Positions 22,878-38,766 of a stretch of 64,000 bases of DNA are shown here, in pieces. How positions within the stretch are numbered: the stretch's first letter is position 1; the number at the start of each line of letters is the position of its first letter. Origin of the DNA: Utricularia gibba (Eukaryota; Plantae; Magnoliophyta); NCBI GenBank assembly GCA_002189035.1, contig NEEC01000008.1, forward strand, positions 992,001 to 1,056,000, read 5' to 3'. The translations under genes were made by a program, and so were the position numbers. Below the pieces are notes generated by a model that had not been told where the DNA came from, searched no databases, and was given only the letters and a program-made list of their open reading frames with translations.

Positions 22878-23341
22878 AAAGTTACTGTAATGTAAAAAAA
22901 TATTGTTTTTTATAAAAAATTGAGGGGTCATTTTCTCTCTCCTCATCTTGAAACGCAACTGCAAGCACCACAACATGCCTTTTGTTTCCCTCTCCTTTAT
23001 CTCTCTACTCTGTGGACACTGCAGCAACACTGTTTGTATTGTCCCAAGTGCGAGCGTGCGTGCACACGCGGCGCGTGTATGGGTACGACCCGACCCGAAT
23101 GTATGTGTACGGAGGGGGGGGTCAAAGGGGGCGGGGAGGGGGTAAGACCATCGGAATTATGGTGGGGATGGTCCCATAAAGCAATTTCTCTTCTCGGAAT
23201 TAGTGATGTCATTAATTGTCCTTCATGCCTTGGAGTTGCGCTGTGGATGTAATTTTCCTTTTTGGTAACATATTTATGTACCCAGGTCACCTGTCTCTTA
23301 TGTCACAAAAACAGTATACAACACATACACTAATGCAAAAT

Positions 23342-23512
23342 GAACCGAACCGAACCGAACAGAACCGGTGGGGTGTCGGTTCAACCGCCAAAACTCCGGT
23401 TTAACCCGGCAATATATTTATTAATTAATGCGTTGTAGTAAAACAATATCAACTCTGCTCCCGATCCATCTAATAATAATAATAATAATAATATTGTTAT
23501 TATTATTATTTG
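23342..23512. repeat. GAACC pentamer run with inverted GGTTC copies, plus an (AAT)n/(TTA)n inverted microsatellite at about 23470-23511
   Basis: gaaccgaaccgaaccgaacagaaccgg...cggttc; taataataataataataataatattgttattattattatt. Confidence 0.7.
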
Positions 23513-24049
23513 TTTAATTGCCAGTGGAGTAAATTGGGGAAGCCCAATAATCTGGATATTGGGCCTTTGGAGTAGGAATGTGGGTTGGTCTTGGGCTGAG
23601 GAGTACGGATGGCCCCGAAGAAACTTGGACATCAGAATTAGTCTGATGGGCTTCTGAGGGCATATGGCAGTGTCGGCGCCAAATGCCTAAAGTTGCAGCG
23701 TATGCTGTTGTTGATGGCGGGAAATGGAAAATGATGCCTTTCGTATTCCCGGTAGTTTTTAGCTTCCGAGAGCCTGATCCACAGTTGTATGAAGGCGGAG
23801 AAGTTTGACCCAGCGACGCCGTGGGTTGGAGGAGGTTATCAAGAAGATCCAAGGGGAAAAATCACTCTTGTTTTTGCGTTTGCTTCTCGAGTTCTGTGGT
23901 GGGTTAGGTTGCCTGTGCTTCATTTCTGATTTCCGTTGCTCTTTCAGTCGTCTACATTCGCGCATTCTTGATTTGAAGATAACCCACTTGCTGATAGTTC
24001 AGCATTGTTGAGTTTTATTGGAGGAAAGATCGGCTTTTTTGCAAGCGAA

Positions 24050-27000
24050 ATGACGGAGGTGGAACCCATGATAATTGAAGTGTCGGAAGATAGTTTCCAT
24101 TCAATCGATACCACTGACAAGGAGAAGAAGAAGCTGCTCAAGAGGAAAAGGGAGCGCAGCCTGAACGCACTAAGCCCTGAGGAAAAGGGTGCTAAAATCT
24201 GTACATTCCAGGATGAAATCAACAGTCTCGTCAAATTTTACAAGGACCTGATATGCGAAAAAATTGAGGGAATGAAGGAGAATGTAGAGACTTCCCCTTC
24301 TTTGAATTGTATCGTTGCACGTTTAATGGAAGAAAGTGAACTTCCATTGTCAAAGATCGTGGATTGGATATTTGAGAAGCTCAAGGGCATGAATGCAAAT
24401 GGCGGCAGTGTTACAATGTCTTCTGTGAAGAGTGTTGTTCTCTCAATTGGGCAGAGGATACGCTATGGCGTTCCTTGTGAAGAAGCTGATATTTTGGAAG
24501 ATGATGCCGAGCGTGCTCTGTGGTGCTGGGAGGTACATCAGATTGATAATTGATGATTAGCTTTGATCCGTTCACATAAGACCTGCTAGTTCATGCATTG
24601 TAGAACCAGTGTCTTATCAGTTTCTTTCATCTGCTTATGTGCCTCAGCTCGCATAATATGTTTCCTGCATAATGTCATTTTCACACGTTGCTTCTCTTCA
24701 TTACAGACAAGAGACTTGAAGTTGCTTCCAAGTTTAGCGCGTGTTTCTGTGAAAGTCCGGCGTACTGTAAGGAAACAGATCCACGAAAGGATATCTGCTG
24801 TTATGGGTATGTCTGGTTCTTCACATCCTCGTGGTGCATTGATACTTTTCATACCTATGGTGACGTTTGATTGTTTCAGTAATGATAAATGCGCTGGAAA
24901 AGGCTGACACCTCTCACACTTCTCAACCTGAGTTGACAAGAGCTGCACAGAAATTGAGTAAAGTTTTAGGCGAGCCTGAAATCCGGTTGCTAATGAGGAA
25001 CCTCTTGCAGAAAACTGAAGCTGATGAGTACGTATTTCTATCAAGTTGGTCATGTTGATGCTCTTTGAAACCATTCTTAGTCAGATGTTCATTATGAAGT
25101 GGTGAGAAGGAAGTGAAAACAGAAGGGAAGCTTTTAATCAAGCAAATGGAGAAGAATAAACGAGAACTGGAGAAAGAAAAAAAGAGGATGGACAAGGAAC
25201 TTCAGAAAGAAAAGATTATAACTGTATGCTTTGTTTTACCATGCAATCAGCTACATATAGTGTAGCATTGTGTTAAATTGTACTTCAGCTTACTTGAAGT
25301 TTTTTAATATATAAAGTCTTTGACTTCTCACTTTCATTTGATGCAGGAAAAGGAGCTAAAGAGATTGCAGGATGAGGCTGAAAAAGAAGAAAGACGACGT
25401 GAGAAAGAAGAAAACATCATGCAGAAACAGCTGAAAAAACAGAGAGAAGAGTCTGAGAAACAACAAAAACGCAGAGAGAAAGAAGAAGCTATCTCAAGAA
25501 AGCAGCTTGATCTCAAAAAGCAAGCCTCGGTCATGGAAAGGTTTCTAAAAAGAAAAAGAACTGATTCAGCTTCTCCGGATGCGGATCATATGAAAAGCGC
25601 CCAATCTGAACCATCTTCAGAGACGAGTGAAAAAATAGCTGGACCAGTTACTGTTGCAATGGACACTCTTCTGGCTAAAAGAGGTCAAGTTCAGTCAGAA
25701 GATCTATGGAAGTAAGCTCTTGCTTTTGCGGCTTTCTACGCGTAGGTGTCAGTAAATATATTAATCATTCTCTTTTGTAGATCGCATTTGAGTGCTTGGC
25801 ACTCCTTAAGAAGACATTGCACCAGAAAAGCACGCTGGGGCCTCCGACAGAGGCCCAAGACTGAGCTTGTGAAGGAACTCAAGCTCTCTACTTACAAAGA
25901 GCCAACTCCTAATGATGGCTTAGCCATAGACAAGATTTTGGATGGATGGGCTGATCTCGGTTCAGTTGATAGTTTATCTTCAATGGACGACGCCAATAAC
26001 ACCCCTTGTAGTAAAAAGAAAAGATTTCTGGCCAAGCAGTTGCTGCAATTCGACAAGAGTAATCGGCCTGCATTTTATGGTATTTGGCGGCAAAAAAGGT
26101 GAGCATTTCTACTGGTGAGGAAATTCTGCAGTGCTATACGAATTGTTATTCTGATTATGCTTCACCTTATGTTCAGTCAAACCGTTGGTGCGCGTCATCC
26201 ACTTGTTAAAGACCCAGATATAGACTACGAAATAGATAGTGATGAGGAATGGGAAGAGGTAGAAAATCTCTTTCTATATATAATGCCACCCATTCATTTC
26301 TGATGCTAAATAACTTGTTCATGCAGGATGAACCAGGTGAAAGTCTATCAGATTGTGATGATGACGAAGATGGGAGTGCGGAAGAAAATACAGAAGAGGA
26401 ATCTGAAAGTGATGATGGATATATCGTCCCTCATGGATATCTCTCAGAAGATGAGGTAGTTGCTTTGTACTACGGCATTACAATGTGTAACTTGGTGACA
26501 TGAATCTTGTGGTTCTTCAAGGCTCACTTTTTTTTTTTTTTTGAATCCTTCAAGTATGAAAATGCTCTTAGTTCTTCTTAATTCTCAGAGAACTGCGCTC
26601 AGATAGTGCACATAACAGTTTTTAATTTATTCTTTATGCGATCACAGGGTGTGAAAGATACTGAGGATGGAGATGATTCAATTCGGGTAGAAAGCAATAT
26701 GCCAAGTCCAATGATTGAACAGATCAGTGACCTGCTACGACAACAGAAATATCTTAGTAATTTGACTGAGCATGCCCTGAAAAAAAATCAGGCATTGTTC
26801 ATCTTGAATCTTAACCATGAAAAAACCACACTGTTGCCTGCTGATGAGCTACTTGGTAAGGAGAAGCTTGAAAGAATGTGCCTCCAAGCACTCTCCATCC
26901 GCCCATTTTGTGGTACCGGTAATGCAGATATATCAGTACCTGAGGAAATGATGGATGACTTCCAATCTTGTAGCTCGCAGAGCACCCCACGTCTTGCATC

Positions 27001-27636
27001 TGCTACCGCTATTCTGGATTCCAGCATACCCAAGATTGTAAGCGAGTGAAGTTACTGCAGACCATTGCTCAGTTTGTGGTATCTTCTATATGTTGTCATG
27101 GTTTCTGTTGTTTGATTCTTAGGTATCGGTCATTGAGTCATGCCCACATAGTATTGTTAGGATAGTGGAGTTGCTGCAAACCGAATTCCCCAGTATCGCT
27201 AAATCCCAGTTGAGGAATAAAGTGCGGGAAGTGTCTGAGTTCGTTGATAACCGTTGGCAGGTACTTGTTCTCCTTTTGCTATGCTCTGGAACTCAATGCT
27301 GTTGGATAATATCTGATTCATCTGTGATGAACGCGTTTCAGGTCAAGACAGAAATCACTGCAACATCAATTTCACCAGGTACACAAGATGCTTTCATCTT
27401 GATTTGTTTTGATTTCCAAATGAATAGCACTCTTTAGGATTCATTTGTGAAAATGTACAGAAAACTTCAAGGGAAAGGCAAAGAGCATGTCTACCTTTTT
27501 GAAAAGATGCGTGCCGCCATCGGCCGAACTCCCTGAAACATCTCCTCTTCAACCATCAAAGAATGATGAAGCATTCATGCACAAGCAAGATGTACCACAG
27601 CTGTTATTTTCGAATGATCACCATAACTCGGAATGA
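24050..27636 (+). CDS. FAS1: Chromatin assembly factor 1 subunit p150 FASCIATA1 (about 12 exons)
   Basis: KLLKRKRE, KER coiled-coil exons, KQLLQFDKSNRPAFYGIW, DPDIDYEIDSDEEWEE|DEPGESLSDC, KSQLRNKVREVSEFVDNRWQ|VK and final KSMSTFLKRCVPP; junctions traced in frame; TGA at 27634-27636. Confidence 0.95.
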
Positions 27637-28069
27637 TCTCTTTCTACATATTAGGAGGCAATAGTGTTCCATTTCATTCGGAGGTTTCTTTCAGTTGGGA
27701 TACCTGGTAAAATGTAAATGCGTGGACAGCAGTGGCTGGGGAGCTTTTCCTGAGTAGAAATGGAAACTTTGTAATCCTGATTTGAAACACGATGAATGCA
27801 CTATAGAATTAGCATTTCAGCTACTATGCTTGTTTATTCCCAATGCCACAGGCATACAGGGGTAAAAATCGAGTAACATGATCCAGCAGTTACAGTTTCT
27901 TAGCTTGTAGATTTAAAGATCTTAGTAGGAACTCAAAATGCAATAGCTTTTGGGGCTCGATCACTGCCCTATAGGATAAGCATTTCAGCTTTTAAGTACT
28001 GTGCTTGGTTGCTCCTGGTGCCACAGGCAAGTAAAAATCTGGTCTCATGTTTCAGCACTTAACAGTTTC

Positions 28070-29623
<1,554 letters not shown>

Positions 29624-30463
29624 TTCGCTTCCCAACACTCAGCAACAAATTCAGTAAAATAGAAACCCAGCTCCTGTTCAGAACACCCAAGATGCGTAAG
29701 CAGCGTGCAGCCACAAGAAACGAAGATCCACCCAACTACCGTTACCGTACCACGAGTACACAACCAACAATTCCCGAGAATCCAAGCTGGTTTCTTTTTA
29801 ACGTCGGCACCCACAACACCCTGTTTTTCTCCAAGTGTCGGCGCAGGAGGTGACACTTGGATAGATTGTGTCCATTTACTGTGTAGATTCGTAATTTAAA
29901 AAATTATAGGTGAAGGATAATTTTAATTTCATATTATTTAAAGTATATTCAATTATTTTAAACATACTAAAATAAAAAAAATATTCATACCAATTATCAT
30001 GCTTTTTAAAATAACAGTTAAAAGAAAACATTTTTTTCGGAGGAAATAGTAAATTAACTATATTCAATATAATTAATATATGATATAAAAAATTATTAAT
30101 ATATTACTATTATTTTTCATCAAAAATTTTATAATTAACATGTACTATTTTTGATACTGCATCCAAAAAAACTATCATTTTTACTTTGGGCAGCATGATT
30201 TAAAGGGAGGATGGTTCCAGCATCTGACTATGGATACATGCTTCAATATCAATCATCGTCTTCCTCACCACCACAACCACAAGGCAGAAAGGGAACACAA
30301 CAAAAAAAATGCTGAAAAATACATCTTTGACAGTCAAGTTGTGCAAAAGCTGATGATGAATGAGTTGAGTGTCTTGTCTTACCTCTGGAACTGTCCGACA
30401 GTTTATTGTTCTTGCAACAACTGCAGCTTGTCCAAGAACATCTGAGTGTGTGTCTACCGTTGG

Positions 30464-32880
30464 CTAATTGGATGATACAGCCTCGATGGCGCTGCCCAAA
30501 GGCCATGCAGCCTCCACTTCGTGGTTCCCATATTTGACCCTTTTCACCAGTGTGATCTCTTGCCATGGATCAAGGCCTGGGAGCACCAGAGTTGATGGAA
30601 TGAGCCGGCTGAGTATGTTTGGAAAGGGAAGTTGTGGCTACGTACCAAAACCATCAACGAGGAGGGTGAATTGGTAGACCAGGTCCATGCATAAGTATGG
30701 AAGGTTGTCTGGTTCTACATGGGGATATGCAGATTTGCCTTCCGAAATGGTTGTTTGACAGGCACGTTTGGCTGCATCCTCGAAATCGGCAGGGTGGACT
30801 TTGGCAACAGATAGACTGGGATGAACGAAGCCAGCCTGAAGTGGAAATCATACAAGTTATGTGTCTGCAACATGGGAGTTTTGCTTTTCAGGAATATTAC
30901 TTACCTCTGCAGCTCTGTCAAAGAAGAAGGAAGCAACGAAAAGGTTCTTCTGGCCATCTCCTCCACCACCATTCCACACACCTCCAAAAGTACATTTCAT
31001 GTGGGTGCATGCTGATTCATTGATTTTCAGAGCCCTTGTCGCTGCTTCTCTACATTTTTGGAGGCTAGCACCTGATGGCAAAGCTGAGACTTTGAAAACA
31101 TCTTGGCCGTATCTGTAAGAACCTTGATGACAAAAGATATTAGTCAGAACATTTAACTTCAAAAATTGCAGAGAAATATACCTCTACCATAGGGGAATTG
31201 AACAAAAAGGTGAAAGCAATTTTCAACAACCTAGGGGCTGAAAAACTTCCAAATCTTAAGGATGAGAAATGAAGCAGTTTAGAATAAATACATTATGCAT
31301 ACCATCATAGCCTGCCAGTATACATGGATTGCCAACATCTTTGCTAGTTTTTAAAATCTCAGCTCGAGCAGCCAATAAACCATAATGCAGGTAACTGTAA
31401 TCGACAAACATAATACAACATAAAAAGGGAGAATATATGATGCTCATACAGAAGGGCATCACATTAGCTTTGCACAAATTATTGAAATTGCTCATAAATG
31501 CTGAAACCTCGTGCTACCTATGAACGTAAAGATGATAATTGGTTCCCATAAGATGCATTTTCTGCACATAAGATTCCTCTGCACCACTTGACTTTGGAGC
31601 TTTTGCCGCATCTGACTCGGAGATAGCATAAGCCATTTGAACTGAACCACCCCCAAGATCAACCACTCCAACAGTGTTCACGTATGCTTTGCCCAAATTT
31701 CTAAGCAGATAATTAATTGTCACCTGCAAAGATGCAAGTTATAAGAATTAAATGAAGTCGATGACTAACCCTTCATGTATCAGACTACGAACAAGCATGT
31801 GAAAAATATTAGCTTACCCACTGATAAGCACCTTCCTGATTACCATCCAAAACTGTGACCCCATCAGGCGACGACCTCAGCTTGCTTTTGCTCTTCAAAT
31901 ATTGCCTCACCTTTGAGTATAGAGAAAATTTAGATTGAAAAATCGAGTTGCAAAAGGAGTGCAATTCTTTAAGTCATTACAGCATCAAGGATCCTGTCGG
32001 ATGCACCACCTTGCAATTGCCTTAAGCCAGCAGTAGCCTGCCAAAAATCAGAATTTAAATCATATTGTACAGAAAGGAGGCCTCTTTTCCATGTAAAAAG
32101 AATACCTACCCCAACTTTGACCGGCGTCATGGATCGCAGGTCTACGGGAACCACAGCTTCTGCTTTTTCAAGAAGAGGAGAAAGAGAATTCGCAGCAGCC
32201 TCAGGGTTTTCTGCGTATCGGCTCAGACCGGGTTTCGTCTGCAAACCGAAAGATTCATCATCTAAGGCATTACATCGTTTTGAAATCATTATGCAAAAGA
32301 GGAACACATCCGGCTACTGCAATCCTTAAGTTTACTCCAGCCAAGAGGACGGAATCGGAAAATGGAGGCACTGAAGTGCAAGAACACAAAACATAGAGAG
32401 TCAACAGATTCGTTTACACTGGGATCGAAATTTCTCACTACAACTGGGAAATCCATATCAGTGCCATACTGCTCAGCAGCTGTACGGTTGTTTTTTATTC
32501 AAAGTAAATACAGTAGTTAACCAATCAAACCACAAGCAGCAGATCGCGGATGGCCAACATACAATCCAATAAACAAATCATACCTGTAGAAAAAGCTCGA
32601 GATCCTGACCCATGGGAACAAGATCGAGTTTCCAGTTGAAGCAAAAAACATGAACCCTACTTCCAGAACTACCCGCATCGAAGATAACCGCGTACCGCAT
32701 ACCCGAAAATCCCGGCGACAGACGACGACTCAATTCGGAGTGAAAACCCGCTGGCATGAGAAAAAGCACGGTGGATATGAGCAGGAGCGGAACAAAGACC
32801 AACATTATGACACCACGCCATTTCTTGAACTTTTCGGGGAACGACTCTTGCGGGCGATTCCGCTTCAGAGTCTTCTCCAT
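30464..32880 (-). CDS. APY: Apyrase (GDA1/CD39 NTPDase, APY1/APY2-like) with N-terminal membrane anchor (9 exons)
   Basis: ACR motifs [49 protein letters not shown] and final [15 protein letters not shown]; junctions in frame. Confidence 0.96.
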
Positions 32881-33730
32881 CTGCCCCTGCTGCTTCGCCT
32901 CCGAAAGCTCCGTGGCCGATGGAGATCGGTACCTGATCTGTACGTTTCCACCGACCGGCTTCAGTGGCGGCGCTTCTTCTACGTGCTCCAGCTCTTCCGA
33001 TCGTCTTTTCCCCTCCGATCACCCCTCAGTAATTTACCAACAAATAAATTGACCTCCACTGCACACAAACAAACAACCCAAAAATGAAACCTTTGACACT
33101 CTGGGTCACAAAAGTAAATCATATATAGTTTATTGTACCCACGATTAAAAACCAATATTACAAACACACCCCAACCTTTGTTACAATTTACTAAGTATGC
33201 TCGTTTATTATTCGAAAATTCCCACAAAGTTTCTTAAATTGACATTCTGATCCAATTTCTACTTTCGCCTTCACAAATTGGGCCAATAGCCAAATAACCG
33301 AAATTATCAGAAGTCAATGGGTTAGGCGCAGGGGCGGGGAAGCCCAAAACGACGCCGCATGGAGACAAATCTGGCAAAATGCTCTCTCTACTCACCTCCG
33401 GTGCATATTCCACATTCCGGCGGTGTCAAACGCCGCCATAGCCACCGCCGCCACACAGGTTTCACGGGGAACCATAAAGTTTCCTTACAGAGGTGTTTTC
33501 AGCGAATGGTAATGCGCGGGAGACACTGAAACAAGCAGTAATTTTGATGGAAGAAAACAAGTCAGGAGCAGGGCTGTCTCTGCGCTGCAATCCATCAAAA
33601 ACATACCAAATCAACTGGCACAAAAAGGTAACTGTAATATCAAGGTCACCCCAACTGAGGCCTGATAGTTATGGAATAAAGAAGCTGCACTTTTCCTCAG
33701 CAGCAGCATTGATGATGGCATCGATCATAT

Positions 33731-35534
33731 TCACTTCACAGTCACGATCTTGATGATGGACGCGGTGCCAATTCTGTGTATGGCCACCACTGCATCACCT
33801 GCCTTGCAAAGTCCCTTTGTCTTGGCATGCTGAAGAGCAAACTCTAGAGCTTCTTCTGTCGACTCCTCGTGGGAGGCTCTGGCTGAGCCGGCGCAGAGAA
33901 CCGGGATCAGCCCTCTGAATATGAGACTGTGCCTGGCTGGGGACTCATCGCTGCAAGACCAGTCAAATGAATCCGACTTGATTTCGGGAACAACCACGGA
34001 GAGAATGGGGAGTCCAGGCCTGTATTTAGCCACCAGTTTAGCAGTGCTTCCACCCCTTGTGAGGACTAGGATAAGAGCAGCCTTGGCAGAGTTGGCTGTT
34101 CGGACAGCAGAGGAAGCCAGACTTTCAAGTGGGCTCATTGGCACAGGTGCGTTTATCATTATCCGCTTGAAAACATCACCGTAGTCGATGGTACTTTCAG
34201 CCTCCATACAGATCTTTGCCATCGTGCGGACTGCGAGCTCAGGATAAGCTCCTGCCGCTGTTTCCCCACTGAGCATAACACAGTCTGTTCCATCGAGAAC
34301 GGCATTCGCAACATCTGTAGCTTCTGCTCGAGTTGGCCTGGGAGACTTGATCATGGACTCCAACATCTGTGTTGCAGTGACCACAGGCTTTCCTTGGATG
34401 TTACACTTGTATATCATCACCTTCTGAGCTAAGAATATCTTCTCAATAGGGATTTCCATTCCCAGATCACCTCGAGCAACCATGAAGGCGTCAGAGTTAG
34501 CTAAAATATCATCAAAATTTGCCACACCTTCTTGATTTTCAACCTGTCAATCGAATAGCCAAGCAACAAAAGGGATATGACTTAGCAGTGCTAATATGCA
34601 AAGCAGCCAAGACACCATACACACATCAGTCCCATGCCGGTCTCCATATTGAGGATCTCGATATGACTAAGGGACAGTTGAAACTAACCTTTGACATAAG
34701 AAGAATGTTCTTAGCATGTGTGCCCAGCACCTTCCGAACTTGCACCAAGTCCGAACCTTTCCTAACAAAGGATAGAGCAATCATGTCGATTTTATTAGGA
34801 ACTCCCCACTTCAAGATATCTTCCTTGTCTTTTTCAGTCAATGTAGGGAGATCAACCACAACCCCGGGAAGATTGACATTCTTTCTCTCCCCAAGAACTG
34901 CTGTGTTCTCACACCTGCATCTTACCAGACCTTTTTCCTTGTCACATTCCAAGACCTTGAAAGAGATTGTGCCATCAGCACAAAGAATAACACTCCCAGG
35001 TTTCACATCCTCAGGCAACTTCTTGTAACTCATGCAGATCATGTTAGTATCGCCCTTGATGGAGTAATCGGTGGATATCATGATCTCATTCCCTTGTTTC
35101 AACTGAATCGGTTTCGCATCCTTCAAGAAACCAGTTCTAATCTCCGGACCCTGAGACAAAAACAATAGACACGGCGATGATCTAAAATAAGAACCCACTG
35201 TCACCATCAACAACCAAAAAAAATACCCAAAAAAAGCAAATCTAGAAAAGGAAAAACGACACAGATCGGAGGAAATCGAAAAGGGGAAAGGAGATATTGC
35301 CTTCGTATCAAGCATGACGGCGCAAAGTATTCCGGTATTCTCCATCGCGCGGCGGAGATTATCAAGGGTTTCCTGGTGGTACTCGTGCGAACCATGGGAG
35401 AAATTGAATCTTGCCACGTTCATACCAGCGCGAAGAAGCTTCTCCGCCATGGGGACAGAGCGCGACGCTGGACCCAGCGTGCACACGATCTTCGTCTTAG
35501 GGCGGAGCTGGATGAAGGCATCGTGATTCTCCAT
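33731..35534 (-). CDS. Cytosolic pyruvate kinase (3 exons; first intron GC-AG)
   Basis: RPKTKIVCTLGPASRSVPM, VARFNFSHG, MLDTK|GPEIRTG, MVARGDLGMEIPIEKIFLAQK, SPRPTRAEATDVANAVLDG. Confidence 0.97.
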
Positions 35535-37167
35535 ATCGCTCCAAAGATGCGAAACTGCCGATCCTTCTCCTACGATGGTGAGTGAATAAACGTAAGCCTC
35601 CCGTCCACGCCCCACGCACGTATCTATATATATGCGATATTCTTGAAAAGTATCTTCCGGTCCCCCGGCGTCCGGCTTCAAAAAACAAGCTATGGGCCGT
35701 GCCGTTGTTTAACCACTAGGGCGCCACCGTTTTCCCCTCCTCCGTACCATTTTCTAGAACCCATTTAACAAGGCCCAAATAAACCATTACCCGGCCCATG
35801 GACCTCCTGCAGTCCTCTTATTGGGCCCACTTTTCAGCCCATATAATGAGTCTGGATCAAAAGGCCTATTAACAAAAATTCAATTCTAATTACTCAATTT
35901 ATTATACAATGCTTATTTCAAAAAATAATTCTAATAAAGAAGGAGTTGGAATTTTTAAATTTCTAAAAAATAAAAAATACTTATATATAGTAACATAAGC
36001 AGAAATTTTCTAAATATAACGTAATCCAAAGACCTTGTTCTATTTTATTAGTTTGTTGAAATAATTTTATTTATTTTTTAAAAATTTAATCTTTAGCTGT
36101 AAAATCAGAAAATTCATATTCTACGATAACTTCAGAAATTATTAAATTTCTTGAATTTCTGTTTCAAAAATTAAATGAATGATTAATTAGAAAAAAAAAA
36201 TACTTATTCACTTTTTATATATTACAAAAATATATTTATGTTATAACATTAAATTATATAATAATTTAGTATATTTTATTTTATTAAATTTTATAATATA
36301 ATTTATTTTATCCCATAAAATAGTTTTATAATCTCAAATTGAATTACATAATTTGAAATACAGTTTTAAATTACAGAACATATCACAATTCTTCACCTAT
36401 AATTTAAAATTGACCCCTTAATTATCGAATCAAACTAGTTAATCGGTATTTCAAATTTACCAAATTCAATTCATTGAATCAAATAATCATATACAATTCA
36501 ATATTTTTCTACTGCAAGACACAATTTAAATAAATATGACACAAAATTAAAATATAATACATATATTGATCTGTCAAACTCAATCTTGACAAATTCAAAC
36601 AGGGTTCATTAGTGTCCCAATTTTAAAATTGGTTCATGAAACAATGATATGGATAAAAGAGATTATTTAAGTGTAATCGCCCTTTCCAGTCCAATTTTGA
36701 CTGTAGAATCAGCACATGCCGTACAAGGCATATTCACATGTCTTTCTCGTGCCATTTATATTTATATTTATTATTATTAAAAAAATTATTAAACATCAGA
36801 TAAATGATTCAATTCAATTGTAATATTCAATTAAAAAATATGTTTAATCCGTTTTTAAAATATGGCGTCTGTTTTTTTGTTATTATTATATTAAAGAAAA
36901 CAACATTATTATTATTAATTTTTTTATTTAAATATAACGAGCACGTTTTTTTGTTTTGAGTCAAGGGAGGGGTCTTGGGTGACGTGGACGTTGACCAGGA
37001 AAAATCATTATGGACTAGTAGTTGACGTGCTCCTCTTTGTTTATCCAATCCGAGCTTATCCTTTTGTTTCTGGGAGATATAAATATGGGAGCTTGGGGAG
37101 GAGGAGGATATCGGCAATCACCTTCCTTCTAACGCACGCCAAAGAATCCTCATTCCACGAGCACACG

Positions 37168-38766
37168 ATGCGGTCCTTCGGCAACTCCAAATCGACGAAG
37201 GCGAATCTCGTCACGATTCTGAGCATAGACGGCGGCGGCATACGAGGAATCATACCGGCGACCATCCTTGAGTTCCTCGAGAAACAGCTCCAGCTGCTGG
37301 ACGGAGAAGACGCGCGACTGGCGGATTATTTCGATGTGATCAGCGGGACGAGCACCGGCGGTCTCATCGCGGCGATGATCTCGGCTCCTGATAGCAACGA
37401 TCGGCCTCTGTATGCTGCTAAGGATATCACGCCTTTCTATCTGGAGCATGGCCCTAAGATCTTTCCTCAAGTGAGGTAGGTTCTCTGCCCTAGGTCACAA
37501 TAGAGGAGCCTCGCTCTGTTGCTGCGGTTACTTTATCTTATTATTGTGTGTTTATGCAGTCCGGCAATCGGTTTGGTGAAATGGATGGTTGGTCCCAAGT
37601 ACGACGGCAAATACCTCCATTCGATTGTGAAGAAGAACTTGGGGACGACGAAGTTGAATCGCACCTTAACGAATGTGGTGATTCCCGCCTTCGACATCAA
37701 GAGGTTGGAGCCAACAATCTTTACCACATTTGAGGTTAGCAAGCAGACCAAAGACACTCTACACCATTTTTGTGCTTCTGAGTTCCAAGCCATTATATCT
37801 ATTGTTCGTGTTCACGTAGGCAAAGAAAAACACAACCATCAACGCCTATCTTTCCGATATATGCATATCGACATCGGCGGCGCCCACCTATTTTCCGGCT
37901 CACTATTTCCGCAACGACGATGATCAGGGGAACACCCGTGAGTTCCATCTCGTAGATGGTGGCGTTGCTGCAAACAATCCGGTAGGTTCATCCACCCAAC
38001 CAACTATCTTTTGCAGGTTTATTGATAATTATCTGATTTATCTTATGCCCTCTGAAGGCGCTGGTTGCGATCACCGAAGTTTCGGAGCAGATCATGAACG
38101 CGAACCCGAAGTTTTCCCACGTCCAACCCATGGAGCTGACGCGATTCTTGGTGATATCCATCGGCACGGGCCAATCAAAGCCTGATCACAGCAGCTACAA
38201 CATGAATGCAGAGAGTGCAGCGAAGTGGGGCGTTCTGCCGTGGCTTGTAAGAGGGGGATCCTCACCAATTTTTGATGTATTCAGCCAAGCAAGTGCGCAC
38301 ATGATTGACATTCACATCGCTGGAGTCTTCCAAGCATTCCATTCAGAGCAAAACTACCTTAGGATCCAAGTAAGTTAACCACGAGAAACTAGATAGATCC
38401 TGGATCAGTTGACGACTTCGATGAACACTCACTCAACGATTTTGCAGGATGACAGCCTAGTTGGTGATGAAGCATCTGTGGATGTTGCAACCATGAAGAA
38501 TATGAACAGGTTGGTTGAGATTGGGAAAAACCTACTGAAGAAACCCGTGTCAGCAGTCAATAGGGACACTGGCCTGTTTCAGCCAATTGAGAATCAAGGC
38601 ACAAACGAGGACGCTCTGATCAGGTGACCCCCTGCTTTCTTTAGTTAGTAAACCAGGCACTAGGGAGACTGGTTCCCTTTTCAAAACTAACCATTAATGC
38701 ACTTTTTTTACCACCAGATTGGCAAAATTACTCTCTGATGAGAAGAAGACAAGAACGTCAACTTAA
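37168..38766 (+). CDS. Patatin-like phospholipase (pPLA-II type), no signal peptide (6 exons)
   Basis: [11 protein letters not shown], catalytic [13 protein letters not shown], catalytic [18 protein letters not shown]; TATA GATATAAATA near 37076; TGACG and W-box (TTGACC) motifs at 36980-37030. Confidence 0.95.
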
